This document shows positions 1 through 11,699 of a stretch of 64,000 nt of DNA, piece by piece. The notes under the pieces are model-generated. The model made no database searches and had not been told where the DNA came from. It saw nothing but the letters and a program-made list of their open reading frames with translations. This DNA is from Hemiscyllium ocellatum (lineage: Eukaryota), in NCBI RefSeq assembly GCF_020745735.1, contig NW_026867467.1, positions 1-64,000 on the forward strand, in the 5' to 3' direction. The translations under genes and the position numbers were made by a program. Within the stretch, counting starts at the first letter, position 1, and every line of letters starts with the position of its first letter.

Positions 1-252
1 TTCATTTCTCACACATCTGGGTTTCTGCCTTAAGTTGTTTTTCAGACCGTTACAAATGGATGTCCTGTTTGCAATCAAGCAGAGAAAAATGTGTCATATA
101 AGTTTAACAAATGCAGAAATGATTCATGAAAAACAAAAGAACTTCACAAATATTGGTAATGAAAAGTATTCCAGAGAGTCAATCTCCTCACCAGAAAGAA
201 AACATCGATTCAGAAAGCATGAAAATGCAGAACAATTTCACAAACTGAATAA

Positions 253-545
253 GAATCCAATCAACTCAATTCAACAGAATCAAGGAAAATAAAATCAGAA
301 TCCAATCAACTCAAAACAACAGATTTGAATGAAACATAATCAGAATCCAACCAATTCAATTCAACAGAATCAAATAAAACAATTTCAAAAGTCAATCAAC
401 ACAATTCAACAAAACCAAGTAAAAACAAAGTCAGAATCCAATCAACACAGTTCAACCCGAATCAACTAAAACAAAGCCAAAATCCAATCAACTCAATTCA
501 ACAGAATCAAGTAAAACAAACTCCGAATCTAATCAACAGAATGCA
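253..545. repeat. 45-bp tandem repeat (~6.5 copies) in the JH-C intron
   Basis: Unit ~GAATCCAATCAACTCAATTCAACAGAATCAAGTAAAACAAAGTCA restarting at about 253, 298, 343, 388, 434, 480 and 525. Confidence 0.9.
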
Positions 546-1055
546 ATATAGCACCGCAAGAAACTTTGATGACAGTTTCTAACCTGCTTGTCATCAACAA
601 AATTAACAAAATAAATGAGAAAATATAATCATGGTAAGAACATATATTCAAGAAATGAATAATGATATTTTAGCATATTTTAGTCATGTTTGGTAATATC
701 TTGAACATCTTTGAATTCGTAGCATTTGTTGTTGATAATAAAACTCACAGTCAGGGTGTCACTGACATTAAACATTATTTGTAGCTGACTGATTAAGAGA
801 CATTAGGTGTTTCAAGTAACCCAGCCACATAGAATGTCCATCTGATCAAAAAAAAGAGATACACTGAGCAAATGACTCCATCATCACCATTTTAACTATT
901 TGCTGAGCCTTAACTGAAGTCTATAATCAGTCTGAACAAAAATCAATCCGAACCAAACCAAACTCAGCACAGAATCTGAGTTTCATTTAATTCAGAAATT
1001 AGTCACATGAATAGAAAGTTTTTAAAAAGTCACTAAGAATGTTCAAAGTTCTTAC

Positions 1056-1103
1056 CTGAAGTCACTGTCACCATGGTCCCTTGGCCCCAGTAATCAAGAT
1101 AGT
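1056..1103 (-). CDS. IGHJ: Immunoglobulin heavy-chain joining segment (JH)
   Basis: Minus strand reads AC TAT CTT GAT TAC TGG GGC CAA GGG ACC ATG GTG ACA GTG ACT TCA G|GTAAG = YLDYWGQGTMVTVTS. It has the WGxG motif and a phase-1 splice donor. Confidence 0.97.
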
Positions 1104-1142
1104 CACAGTGTTACATTCTCTGGATTGGATCACACAATAACT
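1104..1142 (+). other. JH recombination signal sequence (23-bp spacer)
   Basis: CACAGTG (1104-1110), 23 nt, ACAATAACT (1134-1142). Confidence 0.93.
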
Positions 1143-1469
1143 AGCTCTGCATAAAACAAATCAAAAATCTACCATCATTTTAAATTTTCAGAACCACAGG
1201 CAAAATAAAGTCACGATAAATCTTCATCACATAATTGCGCGAGTGAATTCTGATCATTCTTGATAAATTTTAATACTGTTTTATACTTCACAGAGTAACA
1301 CATCAGCTGATTCTCAAAATCCCCAACTGGTGTATCAATAATTACCCAACACTTTTACAAATTAAATAGTGATACTGGCATAAAACCCCACAGAACTAAT
1401 ACCGAACTGCAAGTTAAGACGGTTTGTAGAAGTAATCACTGACTAGATTCAAACAATGGAGGCTGAATA

Positions 1470-1540
1470 GGTTTTTGTATTGATCATAATTGCAGTGTCA
1501 CCCCAGCTATATCACTGTGAGACACGTTGTGTCAAATACT
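1470..1540 (-). other. IGHD: IgH D2 segment (1498-1512, ATATAGCTGGGGTGA) flanked by 12/12 RSS
   Basis: J-facing RSS on the minus strand: CACTGCA-12-ACAAAAACC (1497 to 1470). V-facing RSS read on the plus strand: CACTGTG (1513-1519)-12-TCAAATACT (1532-1540). Confidence 0.92.
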
Positions 1541-1843
1541 ATGACAGACTGTAAACTGTAAAATGCAAATAATTTCTTCACTTCCTAGAAAGCAGTGATT
1601 CAGACTCCTCGAAAAATGATTTGGTGCATTATTTCAGCTTTTACTATTCATTGTATTTTGAAAGCTTGGAATACTTTTCCAGGTTTGGTCTGCATTTAAC
1701 TTGACAATCAACACGAAGAAGGTAGAAAAAAATTCTACATTTGTACAAACTAGCACGACTGGATTGTGTTTAAATTGCATCTCACATTATTTCTCGCTCC
1801 TGCCACGGTAGAAATCACCAATTTGAGATAAATCCTTGTCAGT

Positions 1844-1923
1844 GGTTATTGTATGAGGATGTCGCTGTGCACAACACTGTGACCCACTGTAGTATCACAA
1901 TGATGTAGACCAGTACACTCATT
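1844..1923 (-). other. IGHD: IgH D1 segment (1882-1895, ATACTACAGTGGGT) flanked by 12/22 RSS
   Basis: J-facing RSS on the minus strand: CACAGTG-22-ACAATAACC (1881 to 1844). V-facing RSS read on the plus strand: CACAATG (1896-1902)-12-ACACTCATT (degenerate nonamer). Confidence 0.92.
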
Positions 1924-2271
1924 CTCTGTTCTTTACTCTAGGTCTCAATTTTCATTTGAAAGAGCCATTTAGCACTGATCATGTTTAGAATGAATGCCAT
2001 AGTTGACATAACAATTAGCAGTGATTTCCTGAGCTGTCAGATATATTTTGTCCCAGCATTTAATTGATGGAAGTGTTAGCAGTACATATGACATGCCTAA
2101 AACATTGTCCCATTGTGTCACCAGTTTGCTAGTTTAAATGGTACATTTCCTCTTTGATAGCTTTGTAAGAGGCAGCCTGAGGTCTGCTTCAGATCGCAGT
2201 TGGTATAATTGCATTTAAAACTCAAACTGACCATCAGTTTATGATGGAATTGACAAAATGTTCCCTCGAGC

Positions 2272-2310
2272 TGTTTTTGAACGGGTTCAGCCCTGGTTCC
2301 TCTCGCTGTG
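2272..2310 (-). other. VH recombination signal sequence (23-bp spacer)
   Basis: Minus strand CACAGCG-23-TCAAAAACA directly after the YYCARD codons. Confidence 0.93.
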
Positions 2311-2615
2311 GTCTCTTGCACAGTAATAGATGGCGGTGTCTTCGATCTTCAGGTTAGTCATTTTCAACGAGAAAATGTTGTTTGAATTGTCTTTGGACGC
2401 AGTAAATCGACCCTGAATCGCTGGTGCATAGTTATTGCTGGATGAACTATAGTAGCTAACCAGCCACTCCAGACCCTGGCCGGGAACCTGGCGGACCCAG
2501 CTCATGTAGCTGCTGCTGAGATCGAACCCGCTGGTTTTACAGGTCAGTGTCAGGCTGCTTCCGGGATGGCCAGTCTCTGCCTCTGGCTGGGTCAAAACAA
2601 CCTCCGACTGGACAC
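2311..2615 (-). CDS. IGHV: Immunoglobulin heavy-chain variable exon, shark IgM-type VH, open frame
   Basis: Acceptor TTTTAAAG|GT GTC CAG TCG GAG GTT GTT TTG ACC CAG gives (C)[51 protein letters not shown]...[11 protein letters not shown]. Both cysteines and the tryptophan are present, with no stops. Confidence 0.98.
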
Positions 2616-2720
2616 CTTTAAAAAAGACAAGAAATAAACCATGAGCATTACTTTTACATTCCTGAGGTAGACTAACATTGAGACAGCAACAAAGACAGAC
2701 TTAAACAAAAAAACACTCAC

Positions 2721-2769
2721 ATGATAAGAAAGTCAGTAATAAACTGAGAAAAATTGTCGACACAATCAT
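2721..2769 (-). CDS. IGHV: IgH VH leader (signal peptide) exon
   Basis: ATG ATT GTG TCG ACA ATT TTT CTC AGT TTA TTA CTG ACT TTC TTA TCA T|GTGAG = MIVSTIFLSLLLTFLS. It splices in phase 1 across a 105-nt intron into the V exon. Confidence 0.93.
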
Positions 2770-2855
2770 TCTGATAACTTCTGGGAAGCGGTTCTGTCAA
2801 GATCTTTCTAAACAAAGCCGATCCCGGAGTGTTGAATTACGGTCCAGTGCCTAGG

Positions 2856-2940
2856 ATTTATATGGCTATCGGAAAGGGCAGGCTCACAGCTTCCGCCTGT
2901 TGGTTTCCTGCTGGAGACTGAGACTGGATCCTGGTCTCAG
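2856..2940 (-). promoter_or_regulatory. Putative VH promoter: TATA-like box plus GGAA (ETS-type) cores, no octamer
   Basis: Minus strand ATATAAAT at 2863-2856, ~90 nt above the ATG. GGAA cores lie near 2891-2894 and 2905-2908, and a 7-bp inverted repeat CTGAGAC/GTCTCAG spans 2918-2940. I saw no ATGCAAAT between 2770 and 3100. Confidence 0.55.
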
Positions 2941-3130
2941 CTTGCACAGCCCCAACACATGGGCTCATGTATTTACCAGGTTACGCTTAAACATGGATAT
3001 ATACACATCTTGGGATATTTATTTTGCTGAATAGCTTCTTTGGGAGTGTTTTTTTTAAATGGTGGAAGTAAAATTGAGTACCTTCAGGTCTATTTCACAT
3101 GATAGTTGCAAGTATTTTGTTTTAAAATAA

Positions 3131-3585
3131 ATTCATTCGGAAGTTAGCTCCCTTTATTTCTACATTCATTCACAAACAGATAAAACTAAAATCGAAGTTC
3201 AAACGTATTACTAGCTAGTAAAACAATTGAGTTTTTTTTTCCCAGGACACTGCCAGTCTCTGTCCCACTACAAAATAACATGTAATTCATACTAAACATT
3301 TCAAAATTCAATTTAGGCAACTGAATACAGAGCGTGTCCAAAGTGATTATATTCAGAATATTCAATTAGAAGTTAACTCCCTTTGATTCTACATTCCACC
3401 ACAAGCAGATAAAGCTAAAAAGAACTTCAATCATATTATTAACCAACAAAATGAGTGACTTTATTTTTGCTGTCACTCAACGTCTCTCTCACTTTACAAA
3501 ATAACATCCCATTTCTAATCTGCGTTTCTAAATTCCATTTAGGCAACCTAATATGGAGCAGGACTAAAGTGATTATGTTCAGAAT
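3131..3585. repeat. Diverged ~229-bp tandem duplication upstream of the VH promoter
   Basis: 3131-3359 and 3360-3585 are colinear (GAAGTTAgCTCCCTTT...ACAAAATAACAT...TTTAGGCAAC...AAAGTGATTATaTTCAGAAT). Confidence 0.85.
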
Positions 3586-4742
3586 GTGAGTGGATATCAC
3601 TAAACAGTTTGGACCCGGAGATTAGAAGCACCTCCTTACATTGCAGAATGTCTCTCCTTGCATCTTTTTTTTCAAATTTTTTAAAATGCATAGTAAAGGA
3701 AAGCTGTGTGCCTGAGAAACAAAAAGTGAGTTGGCAGTGATACATAACACCTAGGTAAACTTTTGAAAGAGCATCTAATGAACTAGAACAGGACAGTCCA
3801 TACTTTTTTTTAAAAAATCCTCAACATCTAAACCATTGCAGGTAACTGTCTGGGTACATCAGGAGTGTTTGGTTAAATTAGAGAGTATTACAATAATCAT
3901 TACCACGAATGTAGGTTATAAACAGTACATTTCTCTGCTCACTGATAGCTCTGACAGGGGCAGTTAACTCATAAAAATAAGCAGAAATTCGCTGTTACAC
4001 GACACCAGTGTTAACCATGTATAAAGGGCCCACTCAGTTTTAATGAGATAAATGAATCAGAGAATGGTGTACCAAGTGATGTGAGTTTGAACCAATTCAA
4101 GTTTGTTAATTTACTTTGAGATGATAACAAATGTTACTGCAATGTGGGATTTTGGATCCATTAACTTCATATTCAGGAGCTTTAAAGATACTCAATAAAC
4201 AGGCTGAACTAACCAGAATGTCACTGCATTCACTGTCCTGATTCTGATAGTCATACAGTGAATGCTGTATTCAGTGACTTTCCTTTTTAAAGAAGAAATG
4301 CCAAGTGAAATGTATCCATTGTGAGTAAATGGGAAAATATAGTTTGTTTGGTAGGATTTTACTTTAGTTGATTCATTTTCCCTTTAATCGGCCAGATACA
4401 ATAGTTGGCAGCAATTAAGCGGACTGCAGAAAAGGTCCTTGAGTTTCCAGGTTCATTTACTGGAAGCAGGTGGAGTTTCTGCAGGGGATCAAAGATATTT
4501 TGTCTCACTGTTGACCAGTTGGTGGAAAGCAAACTGCAGACCATAACCACTGCCTCTGCAGAAACAAATCTACTCAGCAACAATACTGGAGAAAAGTTTA
4601 TTTTTCAGTTGTGAAACTTGGAGAATTAGTCACTCCTCTCACTGAAGGAAATATTCGCAGAGTCTCAGACACAACCTAAACATCAACAGTTCATTCGAGG
4701 ATCACTACAGTACTGTTTAATATTGAGAAAAATTGATAAATA

Positions 4743-5050
4743 GTCATAGAGTCATGGAGTGATACAGCATGGAAACAGACACTTCAGTCCAACCAGTCCA
4801 TGCCAGTCATAATCCCAAACTAAACTAATCCCACCTGTGTGTACTTGGCCCATATCCTTCCAAACATTTGATATTCATTTACTTATCCAAATGTCTTCTA
4901 TAGGTTGTAAGTATCCACCACCAGATCATCCCACACACAAACCATTCTCTGTGTAAAAAGTTGTCTCTGATATCGTTTTAAAAATTTTTCTCCTCTCATT
5001 GTAAAACATGTTCCCTATTGTTGAAATCCCCCACCATAGGGAAAATACAA
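4743..5050 (-). mobile_element. CR1-type LINE/SINE 3' end
   Basis: Reverse complement of the GTTTCCATGCTGTAT(C/G)ACTC..ATGACTCTATGAC tail that recurs throughout the window. Confidence 0.75.
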
Positions 5051-5645
5051 CAATGTCTGGGTCAAAAATTGAAAACAATCCCAGCTCCAAACATTTACAA
5101 AATATTACTATGGATCTTCCTTGAGTCCAAAAAAGATTGTCCCCTTTGATCAATGATTTGTAAAATTTATTCGCGTATCTAATGTGATGGACGTTTTCAA
5201 ATAACTTCTGAAATGCAAGTGGTTCACATCAATCGTATTAAAGTGACATTTCGTGTGTGACCCCACACACAAAAAAAACAAGTTTGTTGACATGAGTTGC
5301 TCTGAGGAAGTCTACGATGAATTCTTTTATCAAACAAAATCATTTCCAGTGTTGTGAGGGCTTGTCTATCTTCTGTGCAATGGTCTGAATTTTGAAGTTG
5401 TGTCTGACTGCAGATGAAACTGGCTGCTCTGGGTAAAAGTACAGTTGGCGCCTTTCACATTGTTAATGTATATTGCTGACTTTAGTTGAATAAAGGGATG
5501 TTGCCCCAGGCATCGTCTGGCACCATTAATTAGACCATTAATTTCCACATCATTCGCCAGAGGATCAGGTGGAGTTTATTGATATGTGATATTTTTGAAA
5601 CGAAAGCTTCGTACATTTCCAGGATGAATCATGTAAATTAGAGCC
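5051..5645 (+). repeat. Left arm of a ~600-bp inverted duplication
   Basis: Reverse complement aligns with 7292-7872. Confidence 0.92.
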
Positions 5646-6152
5646 ATTCACCTTTCCACTCATGGCTTTATAAACTTATATGAGGTCACCCCCCGAACTC
5701 TCACCCTCCAGTGAAACAAGTTCCAGTCTATCTGGATTTCCAACGGTAACTTTGTTCCCTCACATTCTGCTGTTAAAGATCCTCCTGCCACCCCAGGTCC
5801 ACAGAGAGTGTCCCTTGATACTAGTTCAAAGAAATGAAAGGAACTTGTCCCAGCATATTGTTCAATTTTATTTGGCTTCAAACACCATAAAAAATAAATG
5901 TTCATGTCATTGCTGATTTATGGGAGAATTCCGTTTACACAGTATCTGCTGAAATACCTGCAGTACCATCCTGAATCTGGTTCACAGGTTCACCTGTTGC
6001 TCACAAATGCAACCAGACATCAGGGAACAGTGTGTGGGATAGAGGTAAAGTAGTGTTACTTCTGCAATTTTAATTACTTATACAAAGTAAATGAACTCAC
6101 ACCAGTGTATAATTGTTTCAGCCAAGAGCTGAGTCAACAAGAATGGAAACGA

Positions 6153-6765
6153 TGTGGAGGAAATACATAATTGTTTTTGTATTCACTAAAATTGTATGCA
6201 AGAATGAAACGTGACTGCAAAACAATGGTAGATATTACAGACGAATAGATAAGATGCTGTGAGGGGAGGGAGTTAAGCTAGATACGCCTGTACAAACAAT
6301 AGGTATAAACATCTGTTTCCCACTTTTACTGAAACACAGGAACAAACCCCAATTAAAAGGGTCATAAGGATCAGTATGGTAGGGGAAGGCACAGATGGAG
6401 GGAATAGATAATAGTGAAGAAAGGATATGCCTAACAATGGGCCACAGCGGGATGAGGTCAAACAGCCTTGTGAGGCCAGAAATAAGCATTTTGTCACAGA
6501 CAAGGCTGGATAAGGCAAGAGATAAACAGGAGTAATGGGTACCGGTCTTAGGGAAGTGGAAGATGTAAACAGGGGAGGAGCAATGAAATAAAAAAATAGA
6601 AACCAAATTACATAAATATTGTGTATTAGTTGAATTCAGTGTGTGTGTCCCTGCCTTGTGGACATGGACATCACACCATCTTGCAAGAGTAAAGTAAAGG
6701 GCACCACTGATTCAGATTTTGTCTCGGACTGAAATTATTGAAGTGTGTGAGCTTTGTTTCTCACA
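6153..6765 (+). mobile_element. Possible solo LTR
   Basis: TG...CA ends, a TATA-like CATAAAT near 6611, a poly(A)-signal-like AGTAAAGTAAA near 6688 and a GT-rich end. I found no convincing TSD, so the left boundary is uncertain. Confidence 0.35.
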
Positions 6766-7291
6766 AGTGAACATCGTCCACACCCAGCCCTCCACCCTTC
6801 CCTTCTGTACTTTTCACTTTGTGAAATCCGTGTTGCCAATAATCAGTTAAAAGAAAGATTTTTTAAAACTTTCTTAATTCATCTTGCTGATCTTGACTGA
6901 GTAAAGGTATGTTGCTGTCAGCATTTCTGGGGAACATGTCTACATTTTTTTCATGTCAGTTTACAATGATATTAAGTCAAGAATTGTCAAAACGTCCTGA
7001 GAAACAACGTTTAGAAATGGGCGTTCTGCCCCTACTTTTTTCCCCATAAGCCAGGATTTACAGTATTGGAGATCATATCTATGTTGATAATGGATTAGAC
7101 CCTACACAATGTTCCCGAATGTTTACTTCAAGTGCTATCACCTGCAGGGTTATGGACAACATGCTATAAAGTGGGTGTTGGCTGGAAGGTTCTGTTTTCA
7201 CATGATACAGGTGTGATGGGCGAAGTGATCTCTCTCTGTCGTGAAAACTTCATCTTTCCTCAATTCATCTTTCCTACTTTGTCTCATTCAG

Positions 7292-7872
7292 AGGCTCTAA
7301 TTCACATGATTCATCCCGGAAATATTCCAAGCCTTCGGTTCAATGATATTAATAAACTCCACCTGACTCTCCGGCTAGCAATGTGGAAATTAATGGTCTA
7401 ATTAATGGTGCCAGACGATGCCTGGGACAACATCACTTTATTCAACTAAAGTCAGCAATATACATTAACAATGTGAAAGGCACAAACTGTACTTTTACCC
7501 AGAGCAGCCAGTTACATCTGCATTCAGATACAAAATTCAGACCATTGCACAGAAGATAGACGAGCCCTCACAACATTGGAAATGATTTTGTTTGATAAAA
7601 CAGTCCATCCTAGACTTGCTTAGAACAACTCGTGATAACAAAATTGCTTGATTTTTTTTGTGTGGGGTAACACATGAAATGTTACTGTATTCCGACTGAT
7701 GTGAACCATTTGCACTTCAAGTTATTTGAAAACGTCCTTCAAAAAAAGATATGGGAACAAATTTTAGAAATCATTGATCAAAGGGATTTTTTTTGGACTC
7801 AAGGAAGATCCATAGTGATATTTTGTAAATGTTTGGAGCTGTGATTGCTTCAAATTTTTAACTAAGACATTG
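7292..7872 (-). repeat. Right arm of a ~600-bp inverted duplication
   Basis: Reverse complement of 5051-5645. Confidence 0.92.
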
Positions 7873-8384
7873 GCATACAGTGGACAACATCACAATTTGC
7901 TGTAACATGAAACTCGCAACCACTGTGAACCATCGCCTGATGGTTCAGAATTTAACAAGGACCTCGCAAGGTTCGTTGAATGGACCGACGAGTGATACAT
8001 GAAAATTAACAAAGGCATTTCTGAAATGATTAATTTAGCTAGGAAGAATGTAGAGACTTCACATCTCTGTTTGCATTTCAATATACTATAAATTACTTTT
8101 CTACTATATCCTAAAATACTCGAGTCTTTGTTCATATTTAATACACTCTATCTTGTTCTGGGGTTAAGATAGTTTCTTTATTTATTTCACTCAAGACTGG
8201 ATGCTGTACTTTTGCCTCAGTATTGACCAAACTCGGTTTGGTGCCAGCTTATATCACTTGAGCTGCTTTTTCAGGAAGTGAATCTCTCCACCTGTTAAGT
8301 CAAAATAATCTGTTCATGCTTAGATTGAAATAAATCCTATTAATATCATCCCAAATTCAGACTCGGTTATTTTGTATTTATTCA

Positions 8385-9540
8385 TTGGAATTGAACAGGA
8401 ATATGACCGGCTGTTCTTGGTGGAGTGGGAGGGGGAGTTAAAGTGTTCAGCCACGGGGCCGTGGGGTTGGTTGGCACGGGTGTCCCAGAGATGTTCTCTG
8501 AAATGATCCGCAAGTTAGTGTCCTGTCTCCCTGATGCAGAGGAGACCACATCGGGTGGAACAGACACAGTGGATGACATTTGTGGAAGTATAGATAAGTT
8601 TCTGTGGGATGTGGAAGGATCATTTGGGGCCTTGTCGGAGGTGAGGGGGAGGTGTGGGCGCAGGTTTTGCACTTCCTGTGGTGACAGGGGAAGGTGACAG
8701 GGGTGGGGAGTGGGCTGGTGGGGGGCATGGACCTGACGAGGGAGTCGTGGAGGGAATGGTGTCTCCGGAATGCAGATAGGTGTAGGGAGGGAAATATACC
8801 CTGAGTGATGGGGTCTGTTTACAGTGGTGGAAGCAGCAGAGGATGATATGATGTATGCAAGGTTGGTGCGGTGGAAGATGAGGACCAGGAGGGCTCCCTG
8901 TTGCGATTGGAGGGATGGGGTTCAAGGCATCATCGACCACGTGGGAGGGGAAATTGCATTCTTTGATAAAGGATCTGGGATGTTTTATGGTGGAACTGGA
9001 CCTCCTGGGAGCAGATGCGGTGGAGGCAGAGGAATTGAGAATAAAGGATGGCATTTTTACCTGAGGTCGGGTGGGAGGAGGTGTAGTCCAGGTAGCTGTG
9101 GGAGTCAGTGGGCTTGTAGTAAATGTTTAGTTGGTCACTGGAGATAGAGATGGAGAGGTCTAGGAAAGGGAGGGAGGTGTCCGAGATGGTCCCTGTAAAG
9201 TTTAGGTCAGGGTGGAAGGTTTTCGTAAAGTTAATGAACTGTTCAACCTCCTAGTGGTTGCATGAGGTGGCATTGATACAGTCATCAATGTAGCTGTGGT
9301 AAAGGTGGGCAATGATACCGGTGTAGCTGTGGAAGATTGACGGTTCCACATATCTGACGAAGAGGCAGGCATAGTTGGGGTCCATGGCTACCCCTTTGGT
9401 TTGGAGGAAGTGGGAGGATTGAAAGGAAATGCAGTTGAGGTTGAGCATGTACTGCTTGGGTTGGCGTGACAGGAAGAAACTGAGGGCTTCGAGGCCTCCA
9501 TCATGGCGTTTGGATGTGTACAGGGCCTGGACATTCTGTT
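8385..9540 (-). mobile_element. Penelope-like retroelement fragment (RT domain to GIY-YIG start), decayed
   Basis: HFLQTKGVAMDPNYACLFVRYVE...YIDDC. Colinear with the larger element at 27.4-28.7 kb. Confidence 0.88.
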
Positions 9541-10599
9541 CATTCTGGGGCTTATCAATAGCTTGCAGTTATTATGGAACTGCAAGGGCAGTGGCTGGGA
9601 ACTCGGAGAAACCAATGGTTCAGTCTTCTGCTTGAAGCAAATTTTGACCAGAACATTTAAACACCACAACGCTCACTGTAGGAAATGCCAGTGCTGCAAC
9701 TTTTAATAATATTTGAAACTTGGTTAAAAATAGGAATTTTTAGTTATAGTTTCTGAAATAATCAAGACAAGAATTAACTGTTAGAACAAGCTCTATCAAA
9801 GAGAGAAGATTTGCAAGGTTTGAAACCACACAGTGCTGTGGTTTATTTGAATTCAATGTTGGTCAGATTTAGATACAGCCAAGGTGATCTCTCCATATAT
9901 TGATTCTGTTAATCGGACACACCAACATACCTGTCTGTACTAAACTGTATTATTTGTTTAGTTGATCAAAATTTAGGAAATAGATCAAACAGAATGTATT
10001 TGGGTGGGAAGGTGATGGATACAGAAGACAGAATCAAAAGCTGGGAACATTAAATCTGAAGAGAGAGTAACAAGTAGTACAAGATCAAAGACATGGAAAG
10101 GTGCATGTCAATGTGTTCCAGACGTTAGTGAATCGAATGAGCTTGTTAGATAGTTGAGACTCGTCCAACAACATCCTGGAATCAGACCGTGAAATAGAGA
10201 TCGAAAGGTCGATTTGCAAATGTCACTTCAATGTGATCACTTCACACTCTGTGTCCTGATCTAGGCCACATTGGCAGATGTTTCTGCCAGATTGTATCCC
10301 CTGGGTTTATTTTCTGATCAGAAGTGAGATGTGTGGCTTGCTGCTGGCACATAGAAACAGGAAGTTGCGCGCCAGCTGAGAATGATACATCAGGCGCTAC
10401 TTTCCGTATTATCAGCACAAACAGTCTTCCTACCTCTGAGGGTGAACACACACTGACAGTGTCAAGAACAAACGGACAGTTTGCTGTTGGTCTCAACATT
10501 GTATTCAATTCCATTCCCATTTTCCAGAATGAAGCAGAAGAGATTATTTCAGCTAGAGTAAATTATCTGTCAGAGAGATAAGAAGAGATATCATCGGGT

Positions 10600-11330
10600 G
10601 AAAGGAGCGAAATGACAATATGTAGTTTCGCTCATAAACCTATGTTTAAAAGTAGAAAGCTTGAGGGAAGGTAATAAATAAATCTAAGAGACAGCATTCA
10701 TTAAAAGTTGGAATTGTAACATTTAAGCAATAAAATTCAGCAGGGCTTTGGTGGAAGTGAGACCATCTGGGAAGTGGTTGATTCTGTTTTCCGCAGAGGC
10801 AATGAGATGTGCCATCGGGTGTAAAAAGTGGATGTGATGCTTCTTGACTTCAATCAGGTTTTTGACCAGATCTTGCATCTTCAATATACTAAGGGTTCAT
10901 GGGATCTGGTGCAGTTTGGCAAATGCATCGAAGGTTTATTTGTTGGCAGAAGGTAATGGTCGAAGGTAGTCATTGTGAAGACATCTTGTGTCCAGTGGCT
11001 TACGATACGACTTGGTGCTGGATCCTTTGCTGTTTGCAGCGTATATGAACGATCTAGTCAAGAATGTAGCAATTTTGATCAGTAAGTTCAAAGATGAGGT
11101 GAAAAACGTTTGGTTTTGCAATTAATGAGGAGGAAAGCCAGTGTGACATCGATGACCTTGCCTGTTGGAGAGAAGAATTGAAAACAGAACACTTTATCCT
11201 AAAGTCTGTGAAGTAAAGCATTTTCAAGACTAACAAATGAAGTGAATATACGATGCATTGTTGGAATCTACAAATACAAAGGATAAGCGATCTTCTGTTG
11301 TGCATATCCACATCATGGAGTGTGGGTTGG
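10600..11330 (+). mobile_element. Old CR1-type LINE RT fragments
   Basis: Decayed VDVMLLDFNQVFD and KISKFKDEV (FADD) remnants. Confidence 0.6.
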
Positions 11331-11699
11331 AGTTATAGTCTGGAGATATTGTGGCTAGACCATTACTTTAGGAAACTGGGGTCTGAGCCTGCAGTGCTGC
11401 CACATCAAGTCATGAACTAAAGTTGATAATTAAACAACTCATTGAAGGAATAAGCTCCACAGATATCCCCTTGCTCTGCTTTGGAGAGCACAACACATCA
11501 GCGCAAAAGTTAAGGTTGAAGCATTCACAGCAATCGTCAGCCAGAAGTGCCAATTGTCTGATCCATCTCGGCATCTTCTATAGATCACCAATATTACAGA
11601 TACCTGTCTTCAGGGAATTCGCTTCTCTCCATGTGAAATCAAGGCACTGTTGGGCGGGGGGCACTGGTTACTGCAAATGCTATGGAGCCTGACAAAATT

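Noticed and set aside
35-292. 85-aa ORF at the window start
   Set aside because: It is antisense within the J-C intron, runs into the tandem repeat and has no domain features.
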